This document shows positions 10,605 to 23,729 of a stretch of DNA of 64,000 bases, piece by piece (positions within the stretch are counted from its first letter, which is position 1; each line of letters begins with the position of its first letter). A program made the position numbers and the translations under genes. This DNA is from Octopus sinensis. Taxonomy: Eukaryota. The stretch lies in NCBI RefSeq assembly GCF_006345805.1, contig NC_042998.1, forward strand, positions 107,384,001-107,448,000, given 5' to 3'. Below the pieces are notes generated by a model. It did no database searches, was not told where the DNA came from, and worked only from the letters and a program-made list of their open reading frames with translations.

Positions 10605-11679
10605 CGGCAGAGGTAAAGTTCATGGACCGCAGATTTTTTTTTTTTTTTACAGGAACACACTATATCGAGGACGAAGATTGCGAATCTGCATTTCAAAATT
10701 TACCCCCCCCCCCAATTTCTTAAATTTTCACGTTTTAAAAAAATGTGTGGGAGTGGCAAATACGGAGACTGATTCTGAAAAATTTTTTGTAAAATTTCAA
10801 TTTTCCAAGAAGGAAAAAAATAAGCACCCCCCCCCCACTCCGCCTTATGACAAAAAGTGAAATTAGTGTTTTCTCAACTAATGTTTCACGCATGCATAGA
10901 ATTATAAAGTAGACGCAAAAAGTATCTGAACAGAAAACCTGACATGCTAGAAACACGTTTTCAAAATTTTAATACGAATTACCCCAAAAAAAAAATTCTT
11001 CATTTTTCATTTATTTTAGAAATATATTTTTTTTTTTGCGAAATACGTAGAAAAATATGGAGATTATGATTCTGAAAAAAATTGTTTGTAAAATTTCAAT
11101 TTTTCAAAAAAAAAGAACAATAAATAACACCCTTCCCCTCCACCCTACGCACCAACTGGAAATCTGACAAGTTAGAAACAACAGCCAAACCGAGGATCAA
11201 CTTTGTAAATACGAATTACCAAACAAGGAAAAAAAAAATTTTTATGTCATTTTATTGTGTGTGTGTGCAAAAATAAACATTTTGGAATGCGGGGTATTTT
11301 TTTCAGATTCGGAATCTCCGCTCTCGATATAGTGTGTTCCTGTAAATTACAAGTGCACCAGCACGAAAAAAATCGACCTTTTTGAAAATTTTTCAGTGGA
11401 TCCCTATGTTTTTGATGACGGAAATTCAGAATATGTCAAAAATCATGTTTCCAAATATTTTGATTTCAACTTTTGTTTTTCGGGGAGGGGAGAATTGAAA
11501 ATTTTGAAAATATGGTTTTTGGCATATTCAGAATCTCCGTCATCGAAAACATAGGAATCCGCTGGAAAAAAAAAAAAAGCGATTTTTTTTTTCTTTCGTG
11601 CCTATGTACTTGTAGACATTGACCGAAAAGAGAAAAAAAAACGCAAAGGGGCTGCTGTTCATGATCTTTACCTCCACCG
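10605..11679. mobile_element. Unclassified non-autonomous TIR element with a 6-bp TSD and internal modular palindromes
   Basis: Imperfect TIR CGGCAGAGGTAAAGTTCATGGACCGCAG / CTGCTGTTCATGATCTTTACCTCCACCG and TSD ATCATT (10599-10604 and 11680-11685). Inner inverted repeat about 10647-10690 vs 11304-11346, hairpin about 11345-11615, direct repeat about 10765-10835 vs 11065-11135. Confidence 0.7.
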
Positions 11680-11766
11680 ATCATTTTTAAATTTTTGGCG
11701 CGAAAGTTTTGCTGTTTGTTTTTGTGCCCGGGTCAAACGCTTTAGTTTAACCGGATGAAGTAGCTC

Positions 11767-11908
11767 TGGATACATTGAAATGTATAGACAATGTTCGCGA
11801 CTGGAATTTCTCCTCGCTAACTATAATTCTCAGCGTTTGGATACATTGAAATGTATAGACAATGTTCGCGACTGGAATTTCTCCTCGCTAACTATAATTC
11901 TCAGCGTT
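11767..11908. repeat. Perfect 2 x 71-bp tandem duplication
   Basis: TGGATACATTGAAATGTATAGACAATGTTCGCGACTGGAATTTCTCCTCGCTAACTATAATTCTCAGCGTT at 11767-11837 and 11838-11908. Confidence 0.95.
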
Positions 11909-12589
11909 CCCTTGTAACGGACATTACTTTTTACATTAATTTTATAAGTACTCAAGCAAAATATCAGCCTACAGAAGATTAGTTAAGGACACTGACCCCC
12001 ATAAATATTAATATTGATGTGACAAAAGTCTGAATGTACTTACTGTGCAATTCATGTTCGAGCAGTCTTTATTAGTTGAATGACTGTGTATAATAATTGC
12101 TAAATTATATTAGACAAGGTTTTATATACTAATTATGTAATGTCAGGCACTTTGCATACTATATAAGACCTTGCCACAATCATACCTGTATGTGTGAATT
12201 TTAAAATATAACATCTAATTGTTATAGTTGGATATTATTTTATATTTTAGGTAATACTGACAGTGTGAGCGAAGTATCCAGGATGGGTGGATATCCCGTG
12301 AAATGGCAGTTTTCTTGAAAATATTCCTATATCAGTTTCAAAACTAATTAGCCTTGAGTTTAAAATGGTGGTTCCCAACCTTTTCACTACCAAAGATCCT
12401 TGTTATTTAAATGAGTTTCCCCCCACAGGTTGGCAAATGGTTTAAAATATGTGCAAGAACAACAGTTGTTTTTAATCAAGTTTTGTTTTCAATTTCCAAA
12501 TCTCAGTTGAATTAAATTCACCTCAAATTCAGATCTCACGAGATTAGCTTTGTGCAACTAATTTTAAAGATATATACACTTGGTGTTTT

Positions 12590-12915
12590 CATTATCTCCC
12601 CTCTCTCCTACTGAGGTAACCATGTATCTAAAAGACATTTCTGTCCCTCTGTGCACACTCTTCTTATCACCTGGTACAAAACCCTGAATACACCCACCCC
12701 CCATTCAGTTGAAGGGTAAGTTACTTGGTGACCTCAGTGTTGCCACATAAAAAGCACCCGGGACATTCTGTAAAGTGGCTGGCATTAGGAAGGGCATCCA
12801 GCTGTAGAAATGCCAATCTAAACAGTAGAGCTTGGCAGTATTCTGGCTTACCAGCTCTTATCAGAACGTCCAACCCGTGCCAGCATGGAAAGAGGACGTT
12901 AGATAAAGATGAATT
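12590..12915 (+). mobile_element. RTE LINE 3'-UTR fragment (5'-truncated)
   Basis: AAGTTACTTGGTGACC...GCCACATAAAAAGCACC...GGCATTAGGAAGGGCATCCAGCTGTAGAAA...TCCAACCCGTGCCAGCATGGAAAGAGGACGTTA, the same as the tail at 42185-42387. Confidence 0.75.
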
Positions 12916-13139
12916 ACTGAAACCAGTAAAGGAATGTAAGATACTAATAATTGTTTTCTTTTCCTCTACTATTACAAATATTTCAACCACTACTCTGTTG
13001 AAATAGTTGTCCATGGAAGAGAATCAGCTTAACAATGATGCTATATCTATACATGTCGCGAGCATTGCCATGCTGATTTTGTCAATTTAATATCTTTTAC
13101 TACGCTCTTATCACTGTGATAGATTCCACTTATTTTCAT

Positions 13140-13580
13140 TTTTGATCTGTCTCTCTTTCTGGCCGGGTAACCATGTACCTCTGCAGCAAGACACCTATTT
13201 CTGTCTCACTATATAACCTTTCATCAGCTGACACAAGATCACCTCCTCCAATACTCCTTCCCTTCTCAAAGGATCTTTATCTTGCAAGTTACTTGGTGGC
13301 CCTGCCAGTGCTGATGCCACATAAAAAGCATTCAGTCCACAGTGTAAAGTGATTGGCATTTGGAAAGGCATCTAGCTGTATAAAGACCATGCCAAAACCG
13401 ATCTCGCCTGTGCTTTTGCTAATTAAAAAGCACTCGGTCCATTCTACTGGGTGGTTGGTGTTAGGAAGAGCATCCAGCTGTAAAATCCCGGCCAAAACAG
13501 ACACAAGCCTGGTGCAGACTCCTGACAAACTGTCCAACCCATGCTAGCATGGAAGGTGGATATTAAACGATGTTGATGCT
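13140..13580 (+). mobile_element. RTE LINE 3'-UTR fragment with a duplicated internal module
   Basis: Same family. The AAAAGCAC...GGTTGG(C/T)(A/G)TTAGGAAG...CATCCAGCTGTA module occurs twice, and the copy ends CCAACCCATGCTAGCATGGAAGGTGGATATTAAACGATGTTGATG. Confidence 0.75.
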
Positions 13581-16500
13581 TTCATGCTGAGAACAATGAT
13601 GCATTAAATGTTTGTTTGCAGTTTCTACCAGAGATGTATTCTGTGATAGTCACCTTTTCTTGGATGGCTAAATTCTCTTCAGCAGCAGTTCATTTTTTTT
13701 AACCACTTTTTGCCTTATTTCTACACAGTTCCTTTATATTTTCAAACTCTCCCTTCACTGCTACTGGAAAAATATATCTAGTGCCATTATAGTATTAAAT
13801 TTTACTCATATTTCATGTTTTTCCTATTTAACTATATGAGTATATTTCCATTCCAATGGTGGATTCTTTATTGGTTTTAATGATGAATATCCAGTTGTTT
13901 GATCAACTAAATTCCTACTTGTGAAATGAAAGACCCTTCATACAATTCTCAAGCTAGATCTTTGAATTACCGGTACAATCCTGTGAAGTAGGATTTTGCT
14001 TCCTTGGTGTGTGCATTGGTTGTCTTTGAGCAGTTAAGTAAGGCATCTTTTCTTAACATTTTTCTGGAAAGGTGTCTGTTTGCATATGGATGATGCCTGT
14101 GTGTAGAGATTTAAAGCATGAAGAGTGGGCATTGTTAGGTGACATCTACATTGATCACTTGTCAGTTTCCATTAAGTTATATGTAGATAGCCACAACTGC
14201 AGTCTCTTTGACCTGTCAGTTCAGTCTCTACAATTGTACCTGAAAGAATATTACATAAGAGAAGCTTTTGGTATCTTAATAGGATTTTTATAGAAACTTA
14301 TAGTAATTATGTTAATTTACTGAAAGAATTGTGAGGTTACTTTTGAGCATCAGAAATCTGGAGTAGATGACTGCAGTAACATGGCCATGTAGTAAGTAGA
14401 TAACTGTTGGGTTTGATGGAAAGGTCTCCTAATAAGAATTAAGCGAAGATGCAGTGGTGTTGATTGGAGAAAATGAGTAACTATCAATTGAAATATGGAG
14501 ATTTTTGCAATTCACTGGAAAATATTGTTATAAAGAGTTATACTTTTAGATATTTAGTTGTCATCGTTTTACATCTGCTTTCTATGCTGGCATTTAAATC
14601 AGGTTTCCTACATCCTAATCTCTTCTGAAATTATATGGATTCTAAATGCAACTCATCAGTATAAAATATTGATTTAGTGAGAATTAAAGTAAAAATAAAT
14701 AAAAATCCTTTTTAATAATATTAGCAATATATGCATGATAAAAGCATGCTAACAGTTGTGTGTATTCGTTTTGTGTTAATATCTGAACTGTAAAGGGCTG
14801 CAGGACAGGAGTAAACTACCAGTAATGTATCATTTAAGTTTTGGAAAAGTTTTTACTGCATTTCAGAGTATAGGATACAGTGCAAATTCACATAATTATG
14901 TGATGCCAGTTGAATTGCAATTATGTTTGTGTTGGAGGGGTATAAGGGTTGGTGGCAAAAGGTGCATCCAGCTGTAAAAATCCTGCCTCAAAAGTTTTTG
15001 TCTAAGTCATGCTAACATGTAGAATGAATAATGTAATACTTTGAACATCACAATTATAACTGCATCTCTGTTTGAAATGAAGTTTCTGTAACAGTGAAAA
15101 ACCTGCTCCAGTTCTTTTTTCTAAATAATACATTCACTCTCACTTGCCATCATTTCTCTAGTTAGACGTTGACATATAAATGGAAGGTTAGATGATAAAA
15201 GAAACAAGCTCAAACATTTTCCATTGCTAATATTTTACTTGCCACAAGTAATTGGAAGCAAAAGAGGCAGAAAAATTTGTATTTAGTTTTACATTGAATA
15301 AAAATTCTATACAAGCCTCCATTTGAAACAGCATTGAATATAATGTTCAAACATATTACAAAGACATGCTATCAGCTTCAAAATATTTTGTAGCACTTAA
15401 AACTAATATGCATTTCCATAACTGTCCTGGTTTACCAATTGAAAAATCAGTATATTTCTAGGCTTTCCATAAAGACCAATATATCTATAACATTGAATAT
15501 CAAAGATTTTATTGAAGCATATATTACCAGATGTTGTTTCTGATTATGCAATAGGCTTAACACATTTTGCCTAATGCTAGGATATCTTGAAATATATACT
15601 GGACATTTTAAGCCCAAAGTTACTGTTGAAAGAAGCAGAGTAGATTGTTTCTGACCTTAATATACATTTAAAAAATAGGGACAAGTTGGTAGCTGCTCAG
15701 ATTTGTTTTAAAATTGGTAAAATGGAAAGAAAAGTGTTAATGAGAACAATGGAAGTCTTGAAAATTCATACTGAGACTTTTACTTGTGCACATTATCAAA
15801 TGCTGGGGTTGCTATTGTGTAAGATATATTTGTAACAGCACATTCAGCATATCATCCAGCAGAGAGACTGCTTGGAGTTGAAAATTCAAGAATCTAACAA
15901 AGACAAGATTGACATAATTCTGGATGAATTGGCTGCATTCCCTTCTGGCTTTCATAAAATATATACTGCCTATATTCAATCGAATAAATCCACACTGAAT
16001 TCTTTAACATAGTACAAAGAAATCGATAATTATAGTGGATATTATTAATTACCATTAAAAATAAGCGTTAGGTCATGAGATTTCATTACTAGTTGCGAAT
16101 TAGGTTAACTGAAAAGTTTTAATATTCAATGTAATACACACATACATATATATATATATGTGCATGTATCAATTGTGAAGTGTTGTTGCTTTATAGTAAA
16201 ATAAACCAACACGGCTGCTGAAATAGTATAGCAGTAGACTAACAATTAACAGTCTAAAAGATGGCAAATTACAAGGGAAGATAGTCTTTAGTTCATTGTC
16301 TCGGTTGTAATATTACAACTGAGACTTTTTTTTTCTTTTTAGTGTGAAAAAGTTCATGTAATTTATACTATGTTCTTGATGGTAACTTTGAATACTTATA
16401 CGAATTTCTTAGTATCTTCTCGGTTGATCATTTCCAAATCATTAACACATCTCATTTGTTTTTTGTTTTGTTTTTTTATATCAAATCATTCAGTTATACC

Positions 16501-16998
16501 AAATTAAATACAAGGCAATATTTCTGTCCAACCTGAAAAGTTAGTTATTGAAAATTTTGCTGCTAGAGGATGAATGACTCTCATTGCATTGAGATTGGGG
16601 GATGAGGAATTTTGTGATTAAATTTTGATTCATTTGAATATTTTATTGTTTTAATAAAACAATTTTCTTGGGAAAATGGAGAATCATTAAATGATTTTGG
16701 TTGACTGGCAAATAATATACAAATTAAGATTGTGAAGCAAGCAATAGTATTTTAAACTAGACATTTACACAATGAATATTTAGATTAGAAATTTTTTGGT
16801 TTTCTCATCGATATTGAAACGACCTCTAAAATAAATCGTCAGTGATTTCAGTCATATAGGAAACAGATTTTGTAAGGAAGAAGTCTCTTACAAGATGAAT
16901 TCCAGCTAAAACATGACGGAATTACAGGGAAAAAAGTAAGAGAGGTGAAAGATTGCAGTGGAAGTAGTTGAAAAACTATTGCGTAAGAATGAGAATAG

Positions 16999-17425
16999 TC
17001 AACAGCAACCTCCACCTTCTGGTTCACCCTCTACTAAATGTAAAGTCTCTTTGGGTCGAGCAAAACCATTTTTCACACCGTCCCAGCCTTCTTCAACTGT
17101 AATTTTACCTTCTTCTAACATTTGATATATGTCTCTAGCAACAACTAGAAAGGCTTCTTCCACATTAGTACCAGTTTTGGCAGAAGTCTCTAAAAATCTT
17201 AGTCCATGATATTCAGCAAATTGACGTCCTTCCCGGGTTGTCACTTTACGATCATTATCCTTATCTGATTTGTGGCCAACAATCAGATAAACAGCCTTAT
17301 GTGGTTCTATATGCAACTGCGACTCTTTCAACCAATCCTCCAAGTGTTCAAAACTACTGCGTTTTGTTATGTCATAAACTATTAAAGCTCCAACAGAGTT
17401 TCGGTAGTAAGATCTTGTTATGGAT
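16999..17425 (-). CDS. RAB39: Rab39 small GTPase, coding exon 2 (427 nt including stop)
   Basis: Acceptor TTTTTTTCAG|A (AG at 17427-17426). Reads (R)SITRSYYRNSVGALIVYDITKRSSFEHLEDW...GHKSD...ETSAK...EEGWDGVKNGF...GGGCC*. The G4 motif HKxD and the GW(D/E)GVK motif are Rab39-typical, and the C-terminal CC is a prenylation site. Confidence 0.96.
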
Positions 17426-18029
17426 CTGAAAAAAAAGAGAAAGAAATTTGAAAAAGTTGAATAAGATTAATGAAATATATACACACACTTATATACTAAG
17501 CAAGATAACTGATGTGGTTGTAAAAAGATGTTAAATAATGTCAATATATGAAAAACATTTCAAACACTGTCAGTCAAAATCTCTCCTCAATCTGATAAAA
17601 GAAGTATCTATAAGAAATGCTCACTGATGTATAAGATTACACCAAAAGTGGTTTATCACTTTAACAAAGAAATGAAAGGTGAAGTTGGCCTTTCTGGAAT
17701 TTAAATTCCTGGTATACAAGAACATATCAACTGGCCATTTTTACCAATGTTGTACAAAATAGTTAACTTCTTACACTATGTTGCATTTAGATTACAGTCT
17801 GAATGTATAATAATTCTACCATAAATGATTACTCTTTATAAGAATTAACAAATAACCTCTATGTGATCATCTACTAAAAATAACCAAACCTTTGTACACC
17901 TTCAAAATAACACTATCCCCCTCATACTCTAGGACTGTACATTGTAAGAGGTAAAACCAAACAAATTATTTATTTACAAGAGGAAAAATGTGAAGAACTT
18001 TGTGTGTTGATGGGAATGTGAATCAGAAT

Positions 18030-19085
18030 GCCATCAGCGCATGCTATGTCGGAGGGATTTAACAGAAAACCTCTGATCCAAGAGGCAAAAATCAATAAAA
18101 CCCACAGGTGGCCAGTTACGGATATTTCTGTGCCTGACTCCATCAAGTGTAATAAATTAGTTTCAATGAATTTCTCAGGAATGTGGGATATTTGTGAGTG
18201 TCACAGAAGTGCAGTTAGTAATCACTATACTTTCTACAGAGAGTATACAATGATTGCTAACTAATGTGTCTATCATATTTGGGATGCTGGAAAGTGATAA
18301 TGAAATCTGGGAGATTACTGTTGGGGAGGGGACACATTTCTCAAAAATCTGGCTTGATGCCTATAGTTCAAGATTGAAGAATATGGCAAGGACAGTGATT
18401 AGATTGATTTGAACCGACTGGAGGTATTTCATTATTTGGTATGTATAATGGAAGCATAAAGTTTTGTAATAGTGTCTGCAATATGGAATTGGATGCAAGC
18501 ATTCTGTCAGTAATGTTTACTGAGCCATTAAAGGTGAAGAGAAGTAGAGCTGGAAGATTTTGCAACTTGAAAGTTTGCATTTCAAATGGTATAACAGAAG
18601 TGGATAGAACCACCCAAATGTTATGGATGGATAATTTTTCTAGTTGTAGGCCAGGTTCTTTATCTAAACAATACAGGAGGTTGTCTTGGGTACATTAGTG
18701 ATGTATATTTGCTGCCTGGTGTAGTTTGTAAAACTGATTGAGTTTGGCTATGAAAGGACATAAGACAGTAGGGCAACTGGGAAAAGCACGAGGTTAAAAC
18801 TAAATCACAATTTGCTTTCATCAAAAGCCTATGACAGGGTCTCTTCCCTAACCTGGTGGTTACTGTGAAGCTACAAGTAGAAAAATGGCTGGTAAAAGCC
18901 ATATAAGCTACATATGTGCTGTTGGTAACATAAATGCAGCAATGAAGATAGTGTGCAAGTAGGGGACTAATCTCAAGGCCAGAAGAGTTTAAGACCAGTT
19001 GTCCATGGGAATTCTTAAATGCTGATGACCTTATAGTGAAATCCACTGTAGAATTAGAAAAGAAATTCCAAGTGTAGAAGCAAAA
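18030..19085 (+). mobile_element. Decayed RTE LINE remnant
   Basis: Frameshifted motifs KAYDRV and CPWEFLNADDL...ELEKKFQV*KQNL, homologous to the copy at 24620-24937. Confidence 0.65.
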
Positions 19086-22000
19086 CCTGGTATAAACAGG
19101 CAATAAAATTAATTTAATTTAGCACTTTGCTAAATTTTGAAAAACTGGAAAAAGCTCATTGGAAGAAAAAAAGAGCACTGAAGTAGATAATTCATGAAGA
19201 ATTTAATAATCCTGTAAACACTATTGAATAATTAATGCTATGATATTCATGTTGAAGTTTTATCAGTCTATCATCTTTGATATTGTTTTAATTCAACAAC
19301 TGAAATATATTTAAGTCAAATGATCACTGTGAGGTAGGTAGAGCTGGTAAAGAGGTTGAATGGTACTTGGGGTGACAGTTCATCCTTCTGCAGTCAATAA
19401 ACAAATGAAATCATTCTACTTAATCAGAGTTTATGAATAAAAGCATCATGTGAAGTGTATAGGTACAGTCCATTCATCCCAAGTAAAAACCATTAAAACA
19501 ATATGCAAACAAAAGCTATCCATACATAAAGTCTTGTTTTATTTCAATTAATGGTGGTAGTTTATGCTATATAATTTATAAGGCATCATTGCTAATATGC
19601 TTATAACTTAAAGTTCATGTGTATGTGTGTGTACACATAAAAACACAGATATGAACACACACCTAGTGTTTATATGTGCGTAAACGTTTTAAGTCCTCAA
19701 TATATGAAGTATGAAGAGTGTGTGTGTGTGCATGAAGATAACTATATAATTAATTTAATACCATTGCCTCACGTGAGACTATGGTATGAATTTAATAATA
19801 CATTTATCAAGACACACATCTGAAATAAAAAATATAATATAACTATAAAGATAAACGTTTTTTTAACCTTACAAATTTGAGGAAGAGGACCCTGATATGG
19901 TTGATGTTTAATTTGATCACCTGTAGGCTTATACCTGGAAGGAGAATGTAAGCATGGAAGAAGCACAATTGGATTGGATTTCTGAGGAAGAAAGGTTTGA
20001 TGTAGGAACTTGAAGCTACAACATATGAGAAGAAGATGGGATAGGTGGGTTTAGACATGGAGAGTGATTGCAGCATACTGGGCTAGCATTTGCTAATCAG
20101 TCAAGATAGCCAGTATAAATCTAGCAACTGTTGCATTCAAGAAATGTAAATGATACTCTAGTATAGACATATTTTTCTATGTATAGGGTCAGTGTTCAGA
20201 AAATTTAGACAAACCATCAAAGAGATAACCTCAAAATGATTAAGTATTTTGTCAATTCATCTCCTATGTTGTAAGAGTGCAACAGATCTTGTCCGCAAAT
20301 AATCTTTAGAGTGACAGTGCTTTTCTCAACATTAATAAAAAATGAAGATGGCTTTGTAATCTCATACTTGAAGTTGTGATCGTGAATAAGCAGTCTAATT
20401 AATATAATTATTAGAAAAACTAGAGATATTTGTAATATATTGATGCTGCTTTGTTAGTTTCATCTTTTTCAATAGAAAGTATATACAGGATTTTTTTTAC
20501 AGCTTTAAATTAATAAGTTGTTAAAAAATAATTATTCAAACGGACTGAATTTCAAGTTATTGTCATCACCAAATTGAATATGTTTTTTATAATAATAAAT
20601 TGGCATTTGAAGATAAAGCTAATTTATTAGTGACATATCTGTATTAGATTTTAAAAGTTCCATTCGGCTAAATATTTTGCTTGGTTTTCACTTAATTGTT
20701 ATATAATTGTTTTAGGAGCCCCGTGAAATAATTGTGAGTGAGAAACTAAAAGATTTGGGGATGGTAGGTCCAATAATGTATTTCCTCATAGTTGTAATGA
20801 CTGGGGTCTGTATATGGCAACTGACTGTTTTCTGAGGGCCTGCGAAGTCAAAGGGAACTAGTCATCTTTTAAAAGCAAAGAGAAAAAAAAAAAAAGCAAT
20901 AATTTAATCAATATAGCATGAAGTCTAAATGAATGTATGCAGTGTCTGAATGATTCAAAGATAATTTGAAGTGAATGTAAAGGAAAAGATAGAGTGGAGA
21001 AATGAACTAACCTATTAGATAATGTATTAGCATTATCTGAATATGATAGAGATTAAAACTACTTCATATTTCAACCTTTGAAATTGAGAATATTCAGTAA
21101 AAAATACAAGCAACATTGTGATCACCAAAAATGGTGTCCCAGCATAGCAACAATTTAATGACTAAAATCAGTGAAACCATATAACCACCAAATTAATTAA
21201 AATATTAGGAGGATAAGAACTGGTTAAGGGAACTCTTTACTACTTCTGCAGAATACAACCTATTTATTGACAGAGACATGATAAAATGTGCCCAATTTTC
21301 ACTAAGATATACACAACAAAGTGGGCCAATTTTCTTTATTGCTCTATGTGCCATGTGACTATAATTGCAATGAGTGTCAAAACTCATCCAACCTATGGAC
21401 ACCTGGATAATGATAATTGGCCAACAATTGAAAGCTTCCTTTTAATTTGATAAAACCTGAACTAAAAAGGCAAAAAAAAAAAAAAAAAATAATAATAAAC
21501 AAAAACAAAAAATGGGGAGACTGGTGGTAGTCTGCATTCGGAAAAGTTCTGTTTGTTTCTAAATTTAATGGTACCCAATCCACAAACAGTATCATAGCAG
21601 TATTTTCACATTCACATCTACTAAAAAAACATCTTTAGTTACAAATACAAAATTTTCACACACACAGTCCACGACATATCCCAAAATCATTAATTTCATT
21701 ATTATTTTATATAGTCTATAGTCAATATTATAGACTAATGAATTTAAGTATTTCAGTACAACAAACTTGATTGTATCTTTATTTGAAATTATTTCAAATT
21801 TCTAAGTTATACATGCATTAGTGTTGGAGAAACTAACTCATTAATTCCTTACAAATTTTACAGCCACTATGCTTTAGGTCAGTCAGCTTCTCTTTTCTGC
21901 TTTGTCACTTTCTCCTCGCACCATCATGTTTTGAAGATGACTGAATAGTAGCAGTTATAACTGAGTAGGTTAAAAGTAAACAACTCTTGAGTTGAATTTG

Positions 22001-22350
22001 CTGGATTGCAAATTTTGGCAGAAGCAAGATGAAATTTTAAACTCAACTGAATCTTTATTTAAAATTTAATTAATTTTAAATCTTTCCTTTAAACATGCAT
22101 TTAAGTTAGGTTATACAACCAGCCTGTTTTGGATTAATATGCACCCATTCACACCAGAAAATGTAACTAACAATTTCTCAGAAGTCGACATTCAACAATG
22201 CTTCTATATAGTACTATAGAGACAGTTTTACTTCACACCCAGAGTTCCCTTGCAACCCTGCCAACTCTGGAGACAATCTTTATGCCAAGCAGCATCAGTT
22301 AACCATCAAGCTTCTCCCTGTCAGTAACTAAGGTTCTTCTTTTCCCTTAA

Positions 22351-22527
22351 CCCTTTAGTATTCAGATTACTTAGTCATACATTATCTTGTAACTTTGAGA
22401 TTTGAATGACGTGATTGTTTATTTTTAGAGCAATATTGTAAGTGTGAGAAGCTGGATCTGGCCAATTTGAACATAAAACCAGTAGAATATTTTGGCTATA
22501 TAGAGCCAGTTTAAATGCTAAAAATGG
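22351..22527. mobile_element. piggyBac-type MITE with a degenerate right end
   Basis: TTAA|CCCTTTAGTATTCAGATT at the left; right end TTTAAATGCTAAAAATGG resembles the complementary TIR. Confidence 0.5.
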
Positions 22528-23729
22528 TAGAACATACAACTAAGAAATAGATTCAGCAAGAGACATCACAGGCTACCAGTCTTGGACAGAAGTAACTATA
22601 AATAAGAGCCTACATGAGATAAAAGGGACTCTTCTGTCTGGCTTGCACTGGACAATTTCTTTACGGCTGGTGGCACAATACAATGCACACAGTACACTCT
22701 GTAAACTGGCTGGTGATAAGGGCATCAAACAATAGGAACCGTGCAAAAAATGAAATAAACAAGATGTGAACTACACAAGTTGCAAAACAGTCTATCCAAA
22801 TACAAAAGTAATGACTCTGAATAAGAACTGGAATTACCTGTAAAGTTGCTATTATCATTACTAACCATTGGAGGGTGGTGGATTAGCGGAACAGCAGTAT
22901 TTATTTATAATTCCTAAGCTCTATTTTTAAATCCTGCCAAGGTTAATTTTGTTTACATTTTACCAGGATTGATAAATTAAAAAGTATAAGTCATGGGGTG
23001 GTGTCAATTTAATCAATTGATGATCTTGTACCTATGTTTGAAATCATAAATAAAAGTCAGCATATTTATTAGTGATTAGTGTTGCTGAACACCTTTCAAT
23101 TTGTAGAAATCACATCAGATTTAACAATAGTCTTTTAAGCAAGCAAACATGCTGACTAGTAGTATGAAGTAGATAAATTTAGGTAGAGATAGAAAAAGTG
23201 AGTGTGAACTGAAGATTGTTTTATCATTAAGAAAATATTTTAATGGTACTATAGTGTAAGAAAAATCAATAGATATGAAGCATTAACTTGAAAAAGAGGC
23301 CATTCAAAACAAACATAAAAGAGTTTTCTCAACTAGAACTAGATGTCTTATACGAAACAGCATGAAATTACTGAAAAAGTACCTAGTCTAAAACAACATG
23401 CAAAAGACTATAAAACTCCTAATACATGTACCAGCAATCATGCTGGTAGCTCATCACAAATAGCTGAAGCCACTCAATCAAGATATAAGTAAATATCTTG
23501 AGCCAGGATGGACAATTAAGTTACAAACTAAAATGTTATTTCCATGAAGAAACATCTAACAGATTCTTAGTTATGAAATGTAACACAGATAAAAGCAAAA
23601 CCACTTTCTCCACTCCTCTATAGTAGTAAGTTTTTATTTTAACACTATTTTCTCTTTTCCACACATCATCTCTCACTTCCTTCTTCTACACAGAATCATA
23701 GATTTATTGCTATAACTTGCATGTAAATT

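Noticed and set aside
12721-13547. Several 60-97 aa ORFs on both strands
   Set aside because: They lie within RTE 3'-UTR repeats; the same pseudo-peptides (LDALPN, WLALGRASS) recur at 42149, 53158 and 54249.
13971-14239. Minus-strand segment with a good acceptor (TTCTTTCAG) and donor (CCG|GTAATT)
   Set aside because: Stops in all three frames; it could only be a non-coding exon, which sequence alone cannot support.
15700-15900. HSAYHPAERLLG motif resembling transposase (H/G)SAYNPxER motifs
   Set aside because: Short, flanked by stops, with no TIRs or other motifs; could be chance.
16999-17343. Stand-alone 114-aa ORF in the track
   Set aside because: It is the distal part of Rab39 exon 2 read from an internal TTG; the true exon starts at the acceptor at 17425.
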